Source: Myxococcales bacterium (lineage in GTDB: Bacteria; Myxococcota; Myxococcia; Myxococcales; JAJYLH01). Taken from it: a stretch of DNA of 64,000 nt. Position 1 is the first letter of the stretch. Every line of letters begins with the position of its first letter. Under the pieces are notes generated by a model. It saw only the letters and a list, made by a program, of their open reading frames with translations, was not told the origin of the DNA and did not search any database. The position numbers and the translations under genes were made by a program. Shown here one piece after another: positions 49,801 through 56,945 of this stretch. The stretch is from assembly GCA_021787845.1 (NCBI GenBank), contig JAJYLH010000001.1, positions 144,452-208,451 on the forward strand. Direction: 5' to 3'.

Positions 49801-52800
49801 CTTGACGTTCCCGTCGAAGACGCACCCGCCGACCGCCGGGTTCGCGCCCAAGGGACGCATCGGCGCCGGCCACCGGCCGAGCCGCGGCCCGCACACCGAT
49901 CCGTACTACCTGAAGTTCAGCTCGACCGGCTCCAGCGACGCGGTCTCCGCGAACCACATCCCGCTCGATTCGCTCGAGAGCGCCATCAGCATCACCAAAC
50001 AAGCGTCGCGCGCGTCGGTGCACCTGGGCGAGTTCGTGACCTACACCATCGCGGTGGTCAACGGGTCGTCGCAAGATCTGTTGAGCCATGCTGGCGTCGG
50101 CGGGCTGACCGTCGTCGACGAATTCCCGGCCCATCTGCAGTACGTCCGCGGCAGCACGCGCGCGTTGCGGCGGACATCGACCGGCGACGAGTGTCCCGTC
50201 ATCGCCGGCGGGAACGACACGAACTGCCCGCAGGGCAGGGTCGAGCCGCAAGGCGCCGACCAGGGCGACGGCCGGCTGGGCCGGTTCGGACCTTATGATC
50301 TCAAGAGCGGCGAGACTCTGATCTTGCGCTACACGCTCACCGTGACCGGCGCCGCGACCCCGGGCGACTATGACAACGTCGCCCACGCCGAGTACGACAG
50401 CGTACCGATTTCCCAGGAGGCCAAGGCGTCCGTCCGCGTGATGTACGACTCCATCTTCGACGAGTCGAGCGTCATCGGCAAGGTGTTCTGCGACGACGAC
50501 GGCAACGGCATCCAGACCCCGGGCGAAGTCGGCATCGGCCTCGCGCGCGTCTACACCGATACCGGCTTCTACGCGGAAACCGACCCGAGCGGAAAGTTCC
50601 ATTTCCAGGGTCTCCTGCCCGGCCTGCACCTGTTCAAGCTCGACGAGCATTCGCTGCCGCCGGGCTCGACCGCCGGCGACAAGGTTCGGCAGAGCTACTA
50701 CCTGACGGCCGGCCTCGACGCGCGCCTGAACTTTCCGGTCAAGTGCCGCTGGCCGGAGGCCAAACCGGACAAGGTCCAGGTGGTCTACGTCAAGCCGCCG
50801 CCGCCCCCCCCGCCGCCGGTGCCGCCGGTGAAGATCCAAGGCTCGACGGCAGCGCTGGCGCTGTCCATCGACGGCCAGCCGATTCAGGCGCCGCTCGCGG
50901 ACGTGCGCCTCGCCTTGTCGAAGCGGGCCGAGACGGCCGCGTCGAACGTCGCGCTGGCGAACGGACGCCTTGCCGAGCAGGCGGTCTTCCGCGTGCTCCC
51001 GGAAGCGGGGCCCGTGGCGCAGAGGTGGCGGTTCTTCATCGAGGACGAGGTGGGCAAGCTCGTCGATGAGCAGCAAGGCAGAGGCTCTCCGCCACCGCTC
51101 CTGTCCTGGGATGGCACGGATGGCAAGGGCAGGCTCCTCGTCCACGCGGGCGGGCGCTACCGGTACCAGCTCGAGCTGTCGACCGCCGATCGGACCGGGA
51201 AGAGCCCGCTGCGGGCGTACGGGGTGAGCTGGAGCAATCCGCTGCTGCCGAAGCCCTCTCGGCCGGCGGCGCCGCCGCTCGCCACGGTGCTGACCGGCGA
51301 CCTCTTCGGCCCGCGCGACGCGAAGCCTCGCGCGGCGTTGATGTCGGCTGTCGACGCCCTCGTCGCCAAGCTGCCGCCGTCCGGCGAGACGATTCGCATC
51401 GACGTCTACGCCGACCCCTCCGACGGCCAGCGGGCTCAGAAGCTGACCGACCTGCGGGCGGCGGCGGTGAAGGGGCTGCTCGTCGACGAGGGAGTGCCCG
51501 CGTCGGCGGTCGTCGCGGCCGGGCACGGCGCGACCCATCCGGTCGCGGTGGCCCAGCGGGTCAGGCACCGCAGGCCGAGTCGGCGCGCGGTGCTCGCAGC
51601 GGCGGCGAAGAACCGGCGGGTGGCGATTCTCGTGCAGCTCCCGGCACCGCCGCCGCTCCCCGAGAGCGTTCCGCAGCCCCAGGTGAAGCCCGCGGCGATC
51701 CTCGCGGGGAACCCGCTCCCGATCGCGGTGAACGGCACCTTCGAGGCGAGCGTTCCGGGGAGCCCCAAGGGGCGCATCGCGCTGCGGGTGGTCGACCGCT
51801 CCGGCCGGACGATCGAGGCCGCCTGGGCCCCCCCGGCGAAGGCGAGCTCGGGGCCGGTCGTCGTGCAGCTCGACTCTTCGCGCGGCGTGGTGGACGTGAG
51901 TGGCCTCGACGTTCAAGTGCCGATGATCACGACCGACGTGCGCCTCGACGGCGGCGCGGTGGTCAAGCTCGGCAGGAGCGGTCCCGAAGTCCCACTGCGC
52001 TTCGTCATCGACGGCGCTCCTGCTGCCTCCCGTTGGACCTTGACGCTCTGGAACAATGCCGGCGCCGTCATCGAGGGGCTGAAGGGCACCGGCTCGCCGC
52101 CCGGGGAGCTGAAATGGAACGGCCGCGACGCCGCGCGGGCGATGGTGCTGACGCCGGGCACCTTCCGCTACCAGCTCGCGATCACCGACCGCGACGGGAA
52201 CACTCTCTTGACGGCGAAGAAGCCGGCGCTGGTGGTGGTGCCGCCGCCGAAGATCGACGTGGTGCTGCCGAGCGACTCGCTCTTCGTCGGGCGCACCGCG
52301 CGTCTGAGGTGGACCGCGCGCAAGAAGCTGTCGGCGCTCGCGAAGCGGTTGAAGGCGGTCACCGGCAGCATCGTGGTCTACGGATACATCGACACCGGCG
52401 GCGTCGGCCTCACCCAGAAGCGCGCCGACGCGGTGCGGGCGATGCTCGTCAAGCTCGGCGTCAATGCCTCGCAGATCGCCGCGGTCGGACGCGGGGCGTC
52501 GAGCCCGCTGGTGCCGAACCTGGGACCGCGCAACCGGGCGCAGAACCGCCGCGTCGAGGTGCGGACCGCGCGCAGGCTCCCGCTCTTGCCGGCGACGGCC
52601 TCGAAGGTGACGTTGAAGATCGGCGGCGTCGAGGCGCGCCCGCAGGGGCAGGGACGATACGCCGTGATGCTCCCGCAGGCGCCGGAAGGTCCGCTGGCGA
52701 TCGACTGGACGGATGTCGACGGTCGGCAGGTGCGCTATCGGGTTACGGTACCGCCGCTGCCCTCGACGCCGGCGACCCCAACGCCGGCGCCGCCGCCGAT

Positions 52801-55800
52801 TCCCCTGGTCGGGCAGGCGCCGGCGCCGCCACCACCGGTGCCGCTGCTCGCGGACCATGCGGGTCCACCGGCTCCGGGGAGCGATTCCGGCTCTCCCGGC
52901 TCGTCGCCGCCGACGGCGGGCAAGAGCGTTCCGGCTCAGCAGGTGGCGAGCGCGAGCGGCGGGGGCCCCCAGGGTGGCGCGCGCGCGGGCGCGCCGAAGC
53001 CGCCGCAGGTTCCGGGGTTCGAGACGTTGATCGCGATGTCGCCCGAGAAGGCGCCGAAGGACGTGCTCGCCGGCAAGCTCGTCGTGCGACTGCCGGCCGA
53101 TCACGCGGTGCTGCGCACCTCGAAGCTGTTCATCCGCGGCATCACCGACCCGAAGAACGTGCTGAAAGTCAACGGACAGAAGGTGGCCGTCGCGGCCGAC
53201 GGATCGTTCTGGGCAGCGGTACCGCTGCCGGACGGCGAGTCGAAGGTCACCATCCAGACGAAGGACCCGAAGGGCGATCGCGCGACGATCGAGCGGACGT
53301 ACGAGGTCGACCCGAACGGGTTGTTCCTGATGGGCATCGCCGACGCCGAAGGCGGGATGGTCGGCGGCGAGAACGCGGGCATCGATTCGTACGACCTGAA
53401 GGTCGGCGGCGTGCGGCGGCTCTTCGTCGGCGGCCGGGTAGCCGGCACCGCTGTCGGGCAGCTCGACGCCTCGAAGGTTCTCGGCGGGTTCTTCAAGGCC
53501 GTCCGGGTGGTCGCGAACGTCGACTCGACGAGGCGCGACAGCGAGTCGGAGTTCGAGGACCTGCTCGACCCGGCGCGCTACTACCCGGTCTGGGGCGACT
53601 CGTCGAACGTGGTCCAAATCGCGCCCGCGCGCGGGCCACTGTACGTCCGGGTCGACGCCGACGAGAGCCACGCGCTCTTCGGCGATTTCCAGACGGCGTT
53701 CGGTAAGAGCGAGCTGTTCCGCTACGACCGCACGCTCTACGGCGGCGACGTCGACTTCCAGCGGCAATGGACGCCGAAGGTGAAGACCGACGTCCATCTC
53801 ATCGGCGCGACCGGCGACAGCACCATCTCGCACGGCCATGTGGAGATTCAGGCGACCGGCGGCAGCGTCTACTATCTGCAGAGCGGCAACGTCGTGGAAG
53901 GCACCGAGCACGTGCGCGTCGTCGTTCGCGATCGCGACACCGGGATGGAGCTGTCGGACCGCGAGATGCAGCGCGACGTCGACTACGAAGTCAGCTACGT
54001 CGACGGGCGGATTCTCTTCAAGCAGCCGGTCAGTGCCATCTCCGATTCGAGCTTCGTCGCCAACACCAACGTGACGAGCATCCTGAACGGCAACCCGGTC
54101 TTCATCGTGGTCGACTACGAGTATCGCGACACCGTCAGCACCGACGGCGGGACGCTGGGCGGCTACACCCGCGAGTCGTTCTGGAAGGGGCTCCTGACGG
54201 TCGGCGGCGGGTACATCCAGCAGTCGCGCAGCAAGGCGGACCCCTACCGGCTCATCGGCGCGGAAATCGGGACCGAGAAGACCGAGCGCACCTACGCCAA
54301 GCTGACCTTCGGCCGCTCCTACGGGGCCGATTCGAACAGCTACTACTCGGCCGACGGCGGGCTCACCTACACCGCTCTCGGAGACCAGTGCGTCTCGCCG
54401 AACGACCCGGCGTGCAGCTCGACCGGCGACGCGTGGAAGGCGGAGGCGGCGGGCGACCTGGCGGACTTCCTGGGCAAGAAGGGAAGCCTCTTGAGCGGGA
54501 GGATCTATTATCAGAATTTGGGTCGCGGCTACTTCGCGGATGGCGCGCTGGTCGAGCAGGGGACGCAGAAGTACGGCGGCAGCTTGACCTATCCGATCAC
54601 CAAGAAGGACGCGGTGACCGCCCGGCACGACTCGGTGGAGAGCCTCCTCGACGCCGACCCGACGAAGCCCGGGTGGCAGGGGAAGACCATCATCCGCCGC
54701 GTCACCGGGTTGCAGTACCGGCACACGGAGAAGACCTGGGGCGCTCTCGGAGAGTATGACGACGTGCTGACCAGCGACTCGGCGCTCAAGGAGACGGTGC
54801 CGATGGACATGCTGGTCATCGGGGGCAACTACAAGCCGATTCCGAAGCTCAACCTGACCCTGATGCAGCAGGGCGTCGTCCGCGGCGACCGGCAGCTCCT
54901 GCCGACGTGGCAGAGCAAGCTGACGACGACGCTCGGCGCCGAGTACAAGCTGTCGAAGTCCTTGAGCGCGACGGGCAGCGAGACGGTGCGGTGGGACGGC
55001 GAGAACGCGACGCAGCTCGGCCTCGCCGCCGAGACGAGCCAGAAGAGCCAGGTCTATCTGACCGACCGGCTGGCGGCCGAGGCGGGGCAGCTCGCCAACA
55101 CGACGCTCGTCGGGGGCAGCACGGAGCCGTGGGCAGGCGGGCGCGCGTACGGCGAATACCAGCTCGACGACGCGGTCAACGGAACACAGAACCGGGCGGT
55201 GCTGGGTCTGGACAACAAGTGGAAGCTCAAGCCGGGGATTCTGATCTCCGCGGGGTACGAGAGAAGCCAGGTGCTCGGCGACGGCTCGGGCACGCTGGCT
55301 TTCGGCGGCGTGTCGGGGGGAACCCAAGGGACCATCACCGGCGCGGCGCCGGGCGCGACCCAGGGCAACATCCTCGGCGAAACGCCGTACGGCGCGCCGG
55401 GCATGAACCCCTCGACAGCGATTCAGCCCGGCACGACCAGCCGGGACGTCGCGTCGTTCGGCATCGAGTACCTGAAGCTCAAGTACTTGAAGGCGTCGGC
55501 CGAGCTGCAAGCGCGCTATGACAACGCCGACCCGCGGTTTGCGAAGACCATTCCGGGCATCGCCGACCGGTTCCAATTCCTGGTGCTGTCGACGGTCGAT
55601 TGGAAGTGGACGAGCGACCTGTCGTTCCTGGCGCGGGTGGTCTGGGCGGACGACTACCTCTTGAACGTGAAAGACGACTTGCCGTGGCTGGGCAAGGACG
55701 CGTCGCTCGACGCGCGCTACCTGGAAGCGACGGCGGGCATCGCGATTCGGCCGGTGCAGTACGACTGGTTCGCGTTCCTGGGCAAGCTTTCCCGGGTCGA

Positions 55801-56260
55801 GGACCGGCGGCCGCTCGACCTCGTGTCGAAGTCGTGGGACATGCAGACGGCCGACGTGCTCTCGCTCGCGCCGACGTTCCAACTGCCGTTCAAGCTCGGC
55901 ATCGCGGAGAAGATCGCGTTCAAGCACGTGCGCGACGACGTGACCGGCGTGCCCAGCGAGACGAGCTACGTCATCTTGAACGTCAATCGGCTCGACTACC
56001 ACCTGCTGCCGAAGGTAGATCTATCGGTAGAGTATCGCTTCCTCTGGACGCGCATCGCGGACAACGGGCAGAATCCGGAGAACAAGTCCAAGCCGCAGGG
56101 CGACTTGAAGCACGGGGCGGCCCTCGAGGTGGCTTACCGGCCGTTGCCGTACACGCGCTTTGGCATCGGCTACAACTTCTCCAGCTTCTCCGACAACGAG
56201 CTGAGCGACTTGAACCAGTATGCCGGCGGGTTCTTCGTGCGTGCGACCGGACAGTATTGA
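40850..56260 (+). CDS. Giant (5136 aa) secreted surface/outer-membrane protein: DUF11-type repeats, SdrD-B/Cna-B-like domains, 2 x (Ig-like + OmpA-like) modules, large C-terminal beta-barrel-like region
   Basis: ATG at 40850 (GAGGAA 5 nt upstream) gives the signal peptide MPQGRSRQTGPLALAALVLAAALLPPPARA. Repeated 140-160 aa units carry LTYTI.V.NTGN..A.NV.VTD.LDPNL and ..TDDP(S/T)TP.P.DPT motifs at about 42000-49150 and 49990-50400. GKVYEDLNDSG... lies at about 49195-49430 and GKVFCDDDGNG... at about 50470-50660. A PPPPPPPPVPP linker spans 50793-50826. OmpA-C-like segments end NRRVAILV (about 51385-51640) and NRRVEVRT (about 52370-52570). The last 950-1000 codons are strand-rich and end ...GGFFVRATGQY. 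The track ORF starts 165 codons too early. Confidence 0.85.
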   Translation: MPQGRSRQTGPLALAALVLAAALLPPPARAIVEGTPPTLIKAYTVEGGSTIIGNTVLASDWKNAIYNDIPLDPQDTISTLTVAPPDAKLVGAYVFWSASILANDPVDNTATFWMPDGTQQPSLLADQCYSVKRLPIGDTAAYKCRADVTNLLKRHLGKNADGSTTLNGTYNVSDFHVVAADPAACDAGDQQNPCQAAFGGWALILVWSSPSASSTKNVAIYDGFLRLDEICGIDTSTDPVSCDMPSSGISPPITLSGFTASDTHADVSVFGLEGDALLGNPPQPWPQVADFMAFNGTRLVDGTNHPNNFWDSRIETGNITTTSFSGVDIKTVDGTLPQPSGFPPETTSVTIQPGSGDGIPDPGPDWQTAGEDNGEMFFVGDVMLSVNTFAPSFRNSTKKVDKTVAAPADTLTYTMHVENDGTWPANVNVTDTLPAGVTYVAGSTAMDGNPVPDSGGTSQLFSGNGVDAGQLWPLNFPGGGIKQYTDIAFKVTVNSNFTNGSICNTGDIDATYTLLGGGPTTMPPIPITTNPCTSVQKPDIQQPLMTATVPGTWPNVLPGDRVSYTITIANNGSQAASGLSLSADLPKYVSLIPNSVQVPYGATNASTTTGGANGTGKIQVNNITIPGNFGITITFDVQIFDDAAFAAAGGTDGTALSIQALLSGPNVNPALAESDDPQTPAPNDPTTVFVRFGVDLSKSQKTVTGDTNGTIVPGKTLTYTVRLTNSGQKGATASLADPLSSSLTNCRVVSGPIICANGAVTGSNIVVGPGASVDVTFAADVVSNAADGTPINNVATLSAAERPGVTWQATAPTVTVKSQVVLVSTKSVTDLNGGAVSPGDDLQYTITLENTGNRASGAAVIKDTLDPNLTFESASDGGQLSAGMVLWNSTTTPALASLVPNQTVTVTFRAKINQNVATGTTISNVADSATPEASIASNTATVKVVAAPSFVGSTKTVTDENGGSTVKPGDLLDWNISVKNTGKANATNIVVTDQIDSNLDIVNVTQGGTASGNLVTWNLASLAVGATAPPLTVVTRVHTPLANGTKIPNQAMIKSAEAPQPVPTDDPTTPAPNDPTVVTVTSSVSLSTSTKTVTDNDNTTAYVPGDKLTYHLSVIATGDAPAQNVSVVDQIQRCLDPKTVVPGNGGTWDGTQIRWDSTTTPALANVVPGTPVDLTFNANITLGVPDGTQCPNQGFLTTPSIATQTPTDDPSTPAPGDPTVITITSKPVLTTSTKVVQLVDDNNSDGTYSPGDKIRYTITVNNSGSDTAKGVTLQDPLSPDLTDAVLSSGGVLSGNQATWSLGDIASRTNKVVTIDAMIVKPLDDGTIIDNQGTITATNVAAPAVTDDPSTPVFGDPTRIVLKSAPKLYVSKVAKDLNGGRIEPGDAIEYTLALSNSGTAVAHNVEITDPLDPNLSFVSASDGGTYDPTSHTISFPTLATLDLTTTKTYTVDVKIVPALDNGTRIANQAQIVSDEVKTPVLSDDPATPAANDPTIITVISAADLSTSTKTYTNRAGGVVRPGDIVDYTITVKNTGNAYARQLRIQDPIDPSLAVQQPIDQGGALANGTVTWTPTDPLAPGATDAFVLSAKVALPLANGTAVSNQAQLFAQGLASPFVTDDPTTPAPSDPTVFKVTSAPILAATKTVTDVTHTNGEVHPGDELDWKITVKNTGDEEATSAVLTDALDPNLDFLSATGGGTFDASTRQVKWNAGTVHLSPNDTVLTLATRVKRPLANGTVISNQGSLTVAELPTPLLTDDPSTPAPSDPTKVTVVARPDLSTSTKVAIDLNGGDLEPTDPIEYDITVKNTGDTAATNVIVTDVVDPTLTNVQPLDGGTFDSATRTVTWKLATVDLSPAGDQRLRFQATVAPLLPNGTRIANQAFIGSDETAPVPTDDPATPQPADPTVVTVVSSPQLQTSTKTVVDNDQTNGMIRPGDSLTYTIVVKNTGNTYATDVVVEDPIDPQLTNVQPDQGGVLVNGEVRWDKNSVAAFAKLAPGGSGVTLTFRATIAPATKNGVTILNQANLSSAEGVHAVTDDPTTPQVGDPTAITTRFPDLTRSVKTVLDENGGDVEPGDWLTYTIRITNDGNVPATNVTVTDPIDPNLVSVAPGNGGSVVGTNVVWNASSTPALSHLDAGQSVTLTLRGQVKALTRNGTVISNQASIDATELKTPVLTDADLSTPARDPTTVTVVSHPTLDTSTLSVVDPRGEQVRPGDRLTYTLTVHNTGNEAGTHAVVTLPIPPQLTDLKLDTPGQLSGNVARWDETNLVQLQSVVPGTDPVMVLEATVASPLANGTIISMQGQIKVDELPQPVLTDDPSTPVLGDPTLVHVFSAPQFIHSEKTITDLNHTDYEPGDTALYEIDVINDGTEPSTNTIVTDTVPPGTTYVPGSFTLNGQKVDDHGTFPLTNGLLVKSKAADAGPGVVIVQDGHTPDAAAVIQFRVVLSRDLVAGTTISNQASITSDQTSAQYTDDPTTPMQGDPTVVVVGGGASVQGARLTWKLVQDQGEPGVVNPGDVVEMRIEVPNDGDAPISCLVSDLPLDPLFQPQGDLTLNGATLTAATDGDAGEWTTTGNGTMATVRLGLIKPHGLDTLTLQAQARAGANGVAVEQAHIYCTGSISQYTDSDPSIPGAQPARIPVWDGTTNAAELKGSTKIVEDLNGGDVEPGDQLRYRLTIENDGTAPANNVVVTDVLPQGLTYVAGSVRGDPGFSVNGQVNSGISTVTGQIASLPAGQRMQATFLATVDAKAPIGKPIANTAQITLGQAPPITIGPATVTVGGITGTGTVVGKVYEDLNDSGAYDAKDWAANGFQVQAYAKPASSGSSPAAPVLVKSTFANSTGDYAIVDLPPGDYQLEFRAPDGTLWKTEDVSQLSAGETRDVDAVLLPTGVVYRSSDTTGVSGAQMFLFYDDDMVGKAPPPCDEDQTVIQTALDPVVGETLPRRVGAKCLLDGQQGQHTLDSGAYRFDFPNTTTAVDYQLWVAPQTVTLTFPSKTHPPTAGFAPKGRIGAGHRPSRGPHTDPYYLKFSSTGSSDAVSANHIPLDSLESAISITKQASRASVHLGEFVTYTIAVVNGSSQDLLSHAGVGGLTVVDEFPAHLQYVRGSTRALRRTSTGDECPVIAGGNDTNCPQGRVEPQGADQGDGRLGRFGPYDLKSGETLILRYTLTVTGAATPGDYDNVAHAEYDSVPISQEAKASVRVMYDSIFDESSVIGKVFCDDDGNGIQTPGEVGIGLARVYTDTGFYAETDPSGKFHFQGLLPGLHLFKLDEHSLPPGSTAGDKVRQSYYLTAGLDARLNFPVKCRWPEAKPDKVQVVYVKPPPPPPPPVPPVKIQGSTAALALSIDGQPIQAPLADVRLALSKRAETAASNVALANGRLAEQAVFRVLPEAGPVAQRWRFFIEDEVGKLVDEQQGRGSPPPLLSWDGTDGKGRLLVHAGGRYRYQLELSTADRTGKSPLRAYGVSWSNPLLPKPSRPAAPPLATVLTGDLFGPRDAKPRAALMSAVDALVAKLPPSGETIRIDVYADPSDGQRAQKLTDLRAAAVKGLLVDEGVPASAVVAAGHGATHPVAVAQRVRHRRPSRRAVLAAAAKNRRVAILVQLPAPPPLPESVPQPQVKPAAILAGNPLPIAVNGTFEASVPGSPKGRIALRVVDRSGRTIEAAWAPPAKASSGPVVVQLDSSRGVVDVSGLDVQVPMITTDVRLDGGAVVKLGRSGPEVPLRFVIDGAPAASRWTLTLWNNAGAVIEGLKGTGSPPGELKWNGRDAARAMVLTPGTFRYQLAITDRDGNTLLTAKKPALVVVPPPKIDVVLPSDSLFVGRTARLRWTARKKLSALAKRLKAVTGSIVVYGYIDTGGVGLTQKRADAVRAMLVKLGVNASQIAAVGRGASSPLVPNLGPRNRAQNRRVEVRTARRLPLLPATASKVTLKIGGVEARPQGQGRYAVMLPQAPEGPLAIDWTDVDGRQVRYRVTVPPLPSTPATPTPAPPPIPLVGQAPAPPPPVPLLADHAGPPAPGSDSGSPGSSPPTAGKSVPAQQVASASGGGPQGGARAGAPKPPQVPGFETLIAMSPEKAPKDVLAGKLVVRLPADHAVLRTSKLFIRGITDPKNVLKVNGQKVAVAADGSFWAAVPLPDGESKVTIQTKDPKGDRATIERTYEVDPNGLFLMGIADAEGGMVGGENAGIDSYDLKVGGVRRLFVGGRVAGTAVGQLDASKVLGGFFKAVRVVANVDSTRRDSESEFEDLLDPARYYPVWGDSSNVVQIAPARGPLYVRVDADESHALFGDFQTAFGKSELFRYDRTLYGGDVDFQRQWTPKVKTDVHLIGATGDSTISHGHVEIQATGGSVYYLQSGNVVEGTEHVRVVVRDRDTGMELSDREMQRDVDYEVSYVDGRILFKQPVSAISDSSFVANTNVTSILNGNPVFIVVDYEYRDTVSTDGGTLGGYTRESFWKGLLTVGGGYIQQSRSKADPYRLIGAEIGTEKTERTYAKLTFGRSYGADSNSYYSADGGLTYTALGDQCVSPNDPACSSTGDAWKAEAAGDLADFLGKKGSLLSGRIYYQNLGRGYFADGALVEQGTQKYGGSLTYPITKKDAVTARHDSVESLLDADPTKPGWQGKTIIRRVTGLQYRHTEKTWGALGEYDDVLTSDSALKETVPMDMLVIGGNYKPIPKLNLTLMQQGVVRGDRQLLPTWQSKLTTTLGAEYKLSKSLSATGSETVRWDGENATQLGLAAETSQKSQVYLTDRLAAEAGQLANTTLVGGSTEPWAGGRAYGEYQLDDAVNGTQNRAVLGLDNKWKLKPGILISAGYERSQVLGDGSGTLAFGGVSGGTQGTITGAAPGATQGNILGETPYGAPGMNPSTAIQPGTTSRDVASFGIEYLKLKYLKASAELQARYDNADPRFAKTIPGIADRFQFLVLSTVDWKWTSDLSFLARVVWADDYLLNVKDDLPWLGKDASLDARYLEATAGIAIRPVQYDWFAFLGKLSRVEDRRPLDLVSKSWDMQTADVLSLAPTFQLPFKLGIAEKIAFKHVRDDVTGVPSETSYVILNVNRLDYHLLPKVDLSVEYRFLWTRIADNGQNPENKSKPQGDLKHGAALEVAYRPLPYTRFGIGYNFSSFSDNELSDLNQYAGGFFVRATGQY

Positions 56261-56324
56261 TCCGACGCGAGGGCGGCTCGTGAACGGGACATCGACTCGA
56301 GACCTTGGAACCAGGAGGCATCTC

Positions 56325-56726
56325 ATGAAGACCGATTCGCTCACCGTGTCCGACGTGATTCCGGCTTCTCCCGAGGCCGTGTACCAGGCGTGGCTCGACG
56401 GCAAGCAACACGGCGCGATGACCGACACGCCGCCGGCGAAGATCAGTGCGAAGGTGGGTGGCAAGTTCAACTGTGGAGGCGGCTACATGTGGGGAATGAC
56501 CCTGGAGCTGGAACCTTCGAGGCGGATCGTCCAGTCTTGGCGCACGACCGAGTTTCCGGAAGACGCGGCGGATTCGCGGCTGGAAGTGACGCTGGGGGAG
56601 ACGGCCGGAGGAACGAGAATCACCATCGTGCAGACCGAGATCCCTTCCGGTCAGGGAGAGCGCTACCGGCAGGGCTGGATCGACTACTATTTCGCTCCCA
56701 TGAAGCAGTACTTTGCGAAACGCTAG
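56325..56726 (+). CDS. SRPBCC superfamily protein (Aha1/activator of Hsp90 ATPase homolog-like domain)
   Basis: ATG at 56325 follows AGGAGG. 133 aa. ...SPEAVYQAWLD...H..M.......GG.F.......G...EL.P.+RIVQSWR......DS.+EV.L....GGT.+...Q..IP pattern typical of this family. Confidence 0.65.
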   Translation: MKTDSLTVSDVIPASPEAVYQAWLDGKQHGAMTDTPPAKISAKVGGKFNCGGGYMWGMTLELEPSRRIVQSWRTTEFPEDAADSRLEVTLGETAGGTRITIVQTEIPSGQGERYRQGWIDYYFAPMKQYFAKR

Positions 56727-56945
56727 CGGATCCGCTCGGTCCGTGCCGAGCGGCCGAGATGTGCCAGGGACCGCCTGCCGGAAAGGGGAGCGCAAGGCGT
56801 TCGAAGTGGTGGCGTGCTCCGGAAGCGCGGTGTCGCGCGGGCAAGGTCGACCGGGTGCTCGTGCCCTCCCGGGCTTCGAGATGACAGTGACGGGGCGGCT
56901 CGCGTCGAGTCGGACGCCCGCTCGAGCGAAAGCAACGAGGTCGTG

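Noticed and set aside
40904-56002. A 5032-codon ORF on the minus strand, antisense to the giant gene
   Set aside because: Its translation is dominated by Arg/Gly/Ala/Pro/Val/Asp runs (for example RRRRRGRAGIAPRSRW), with no recognisable domains, no signal or start context, and no repeat logic of its own. The plus-strand frame has a signal peptide, coherent repeated domains and a normal composition. Long stop-free antisense frames are expected in GC-rich genes with strong GC3 bias.
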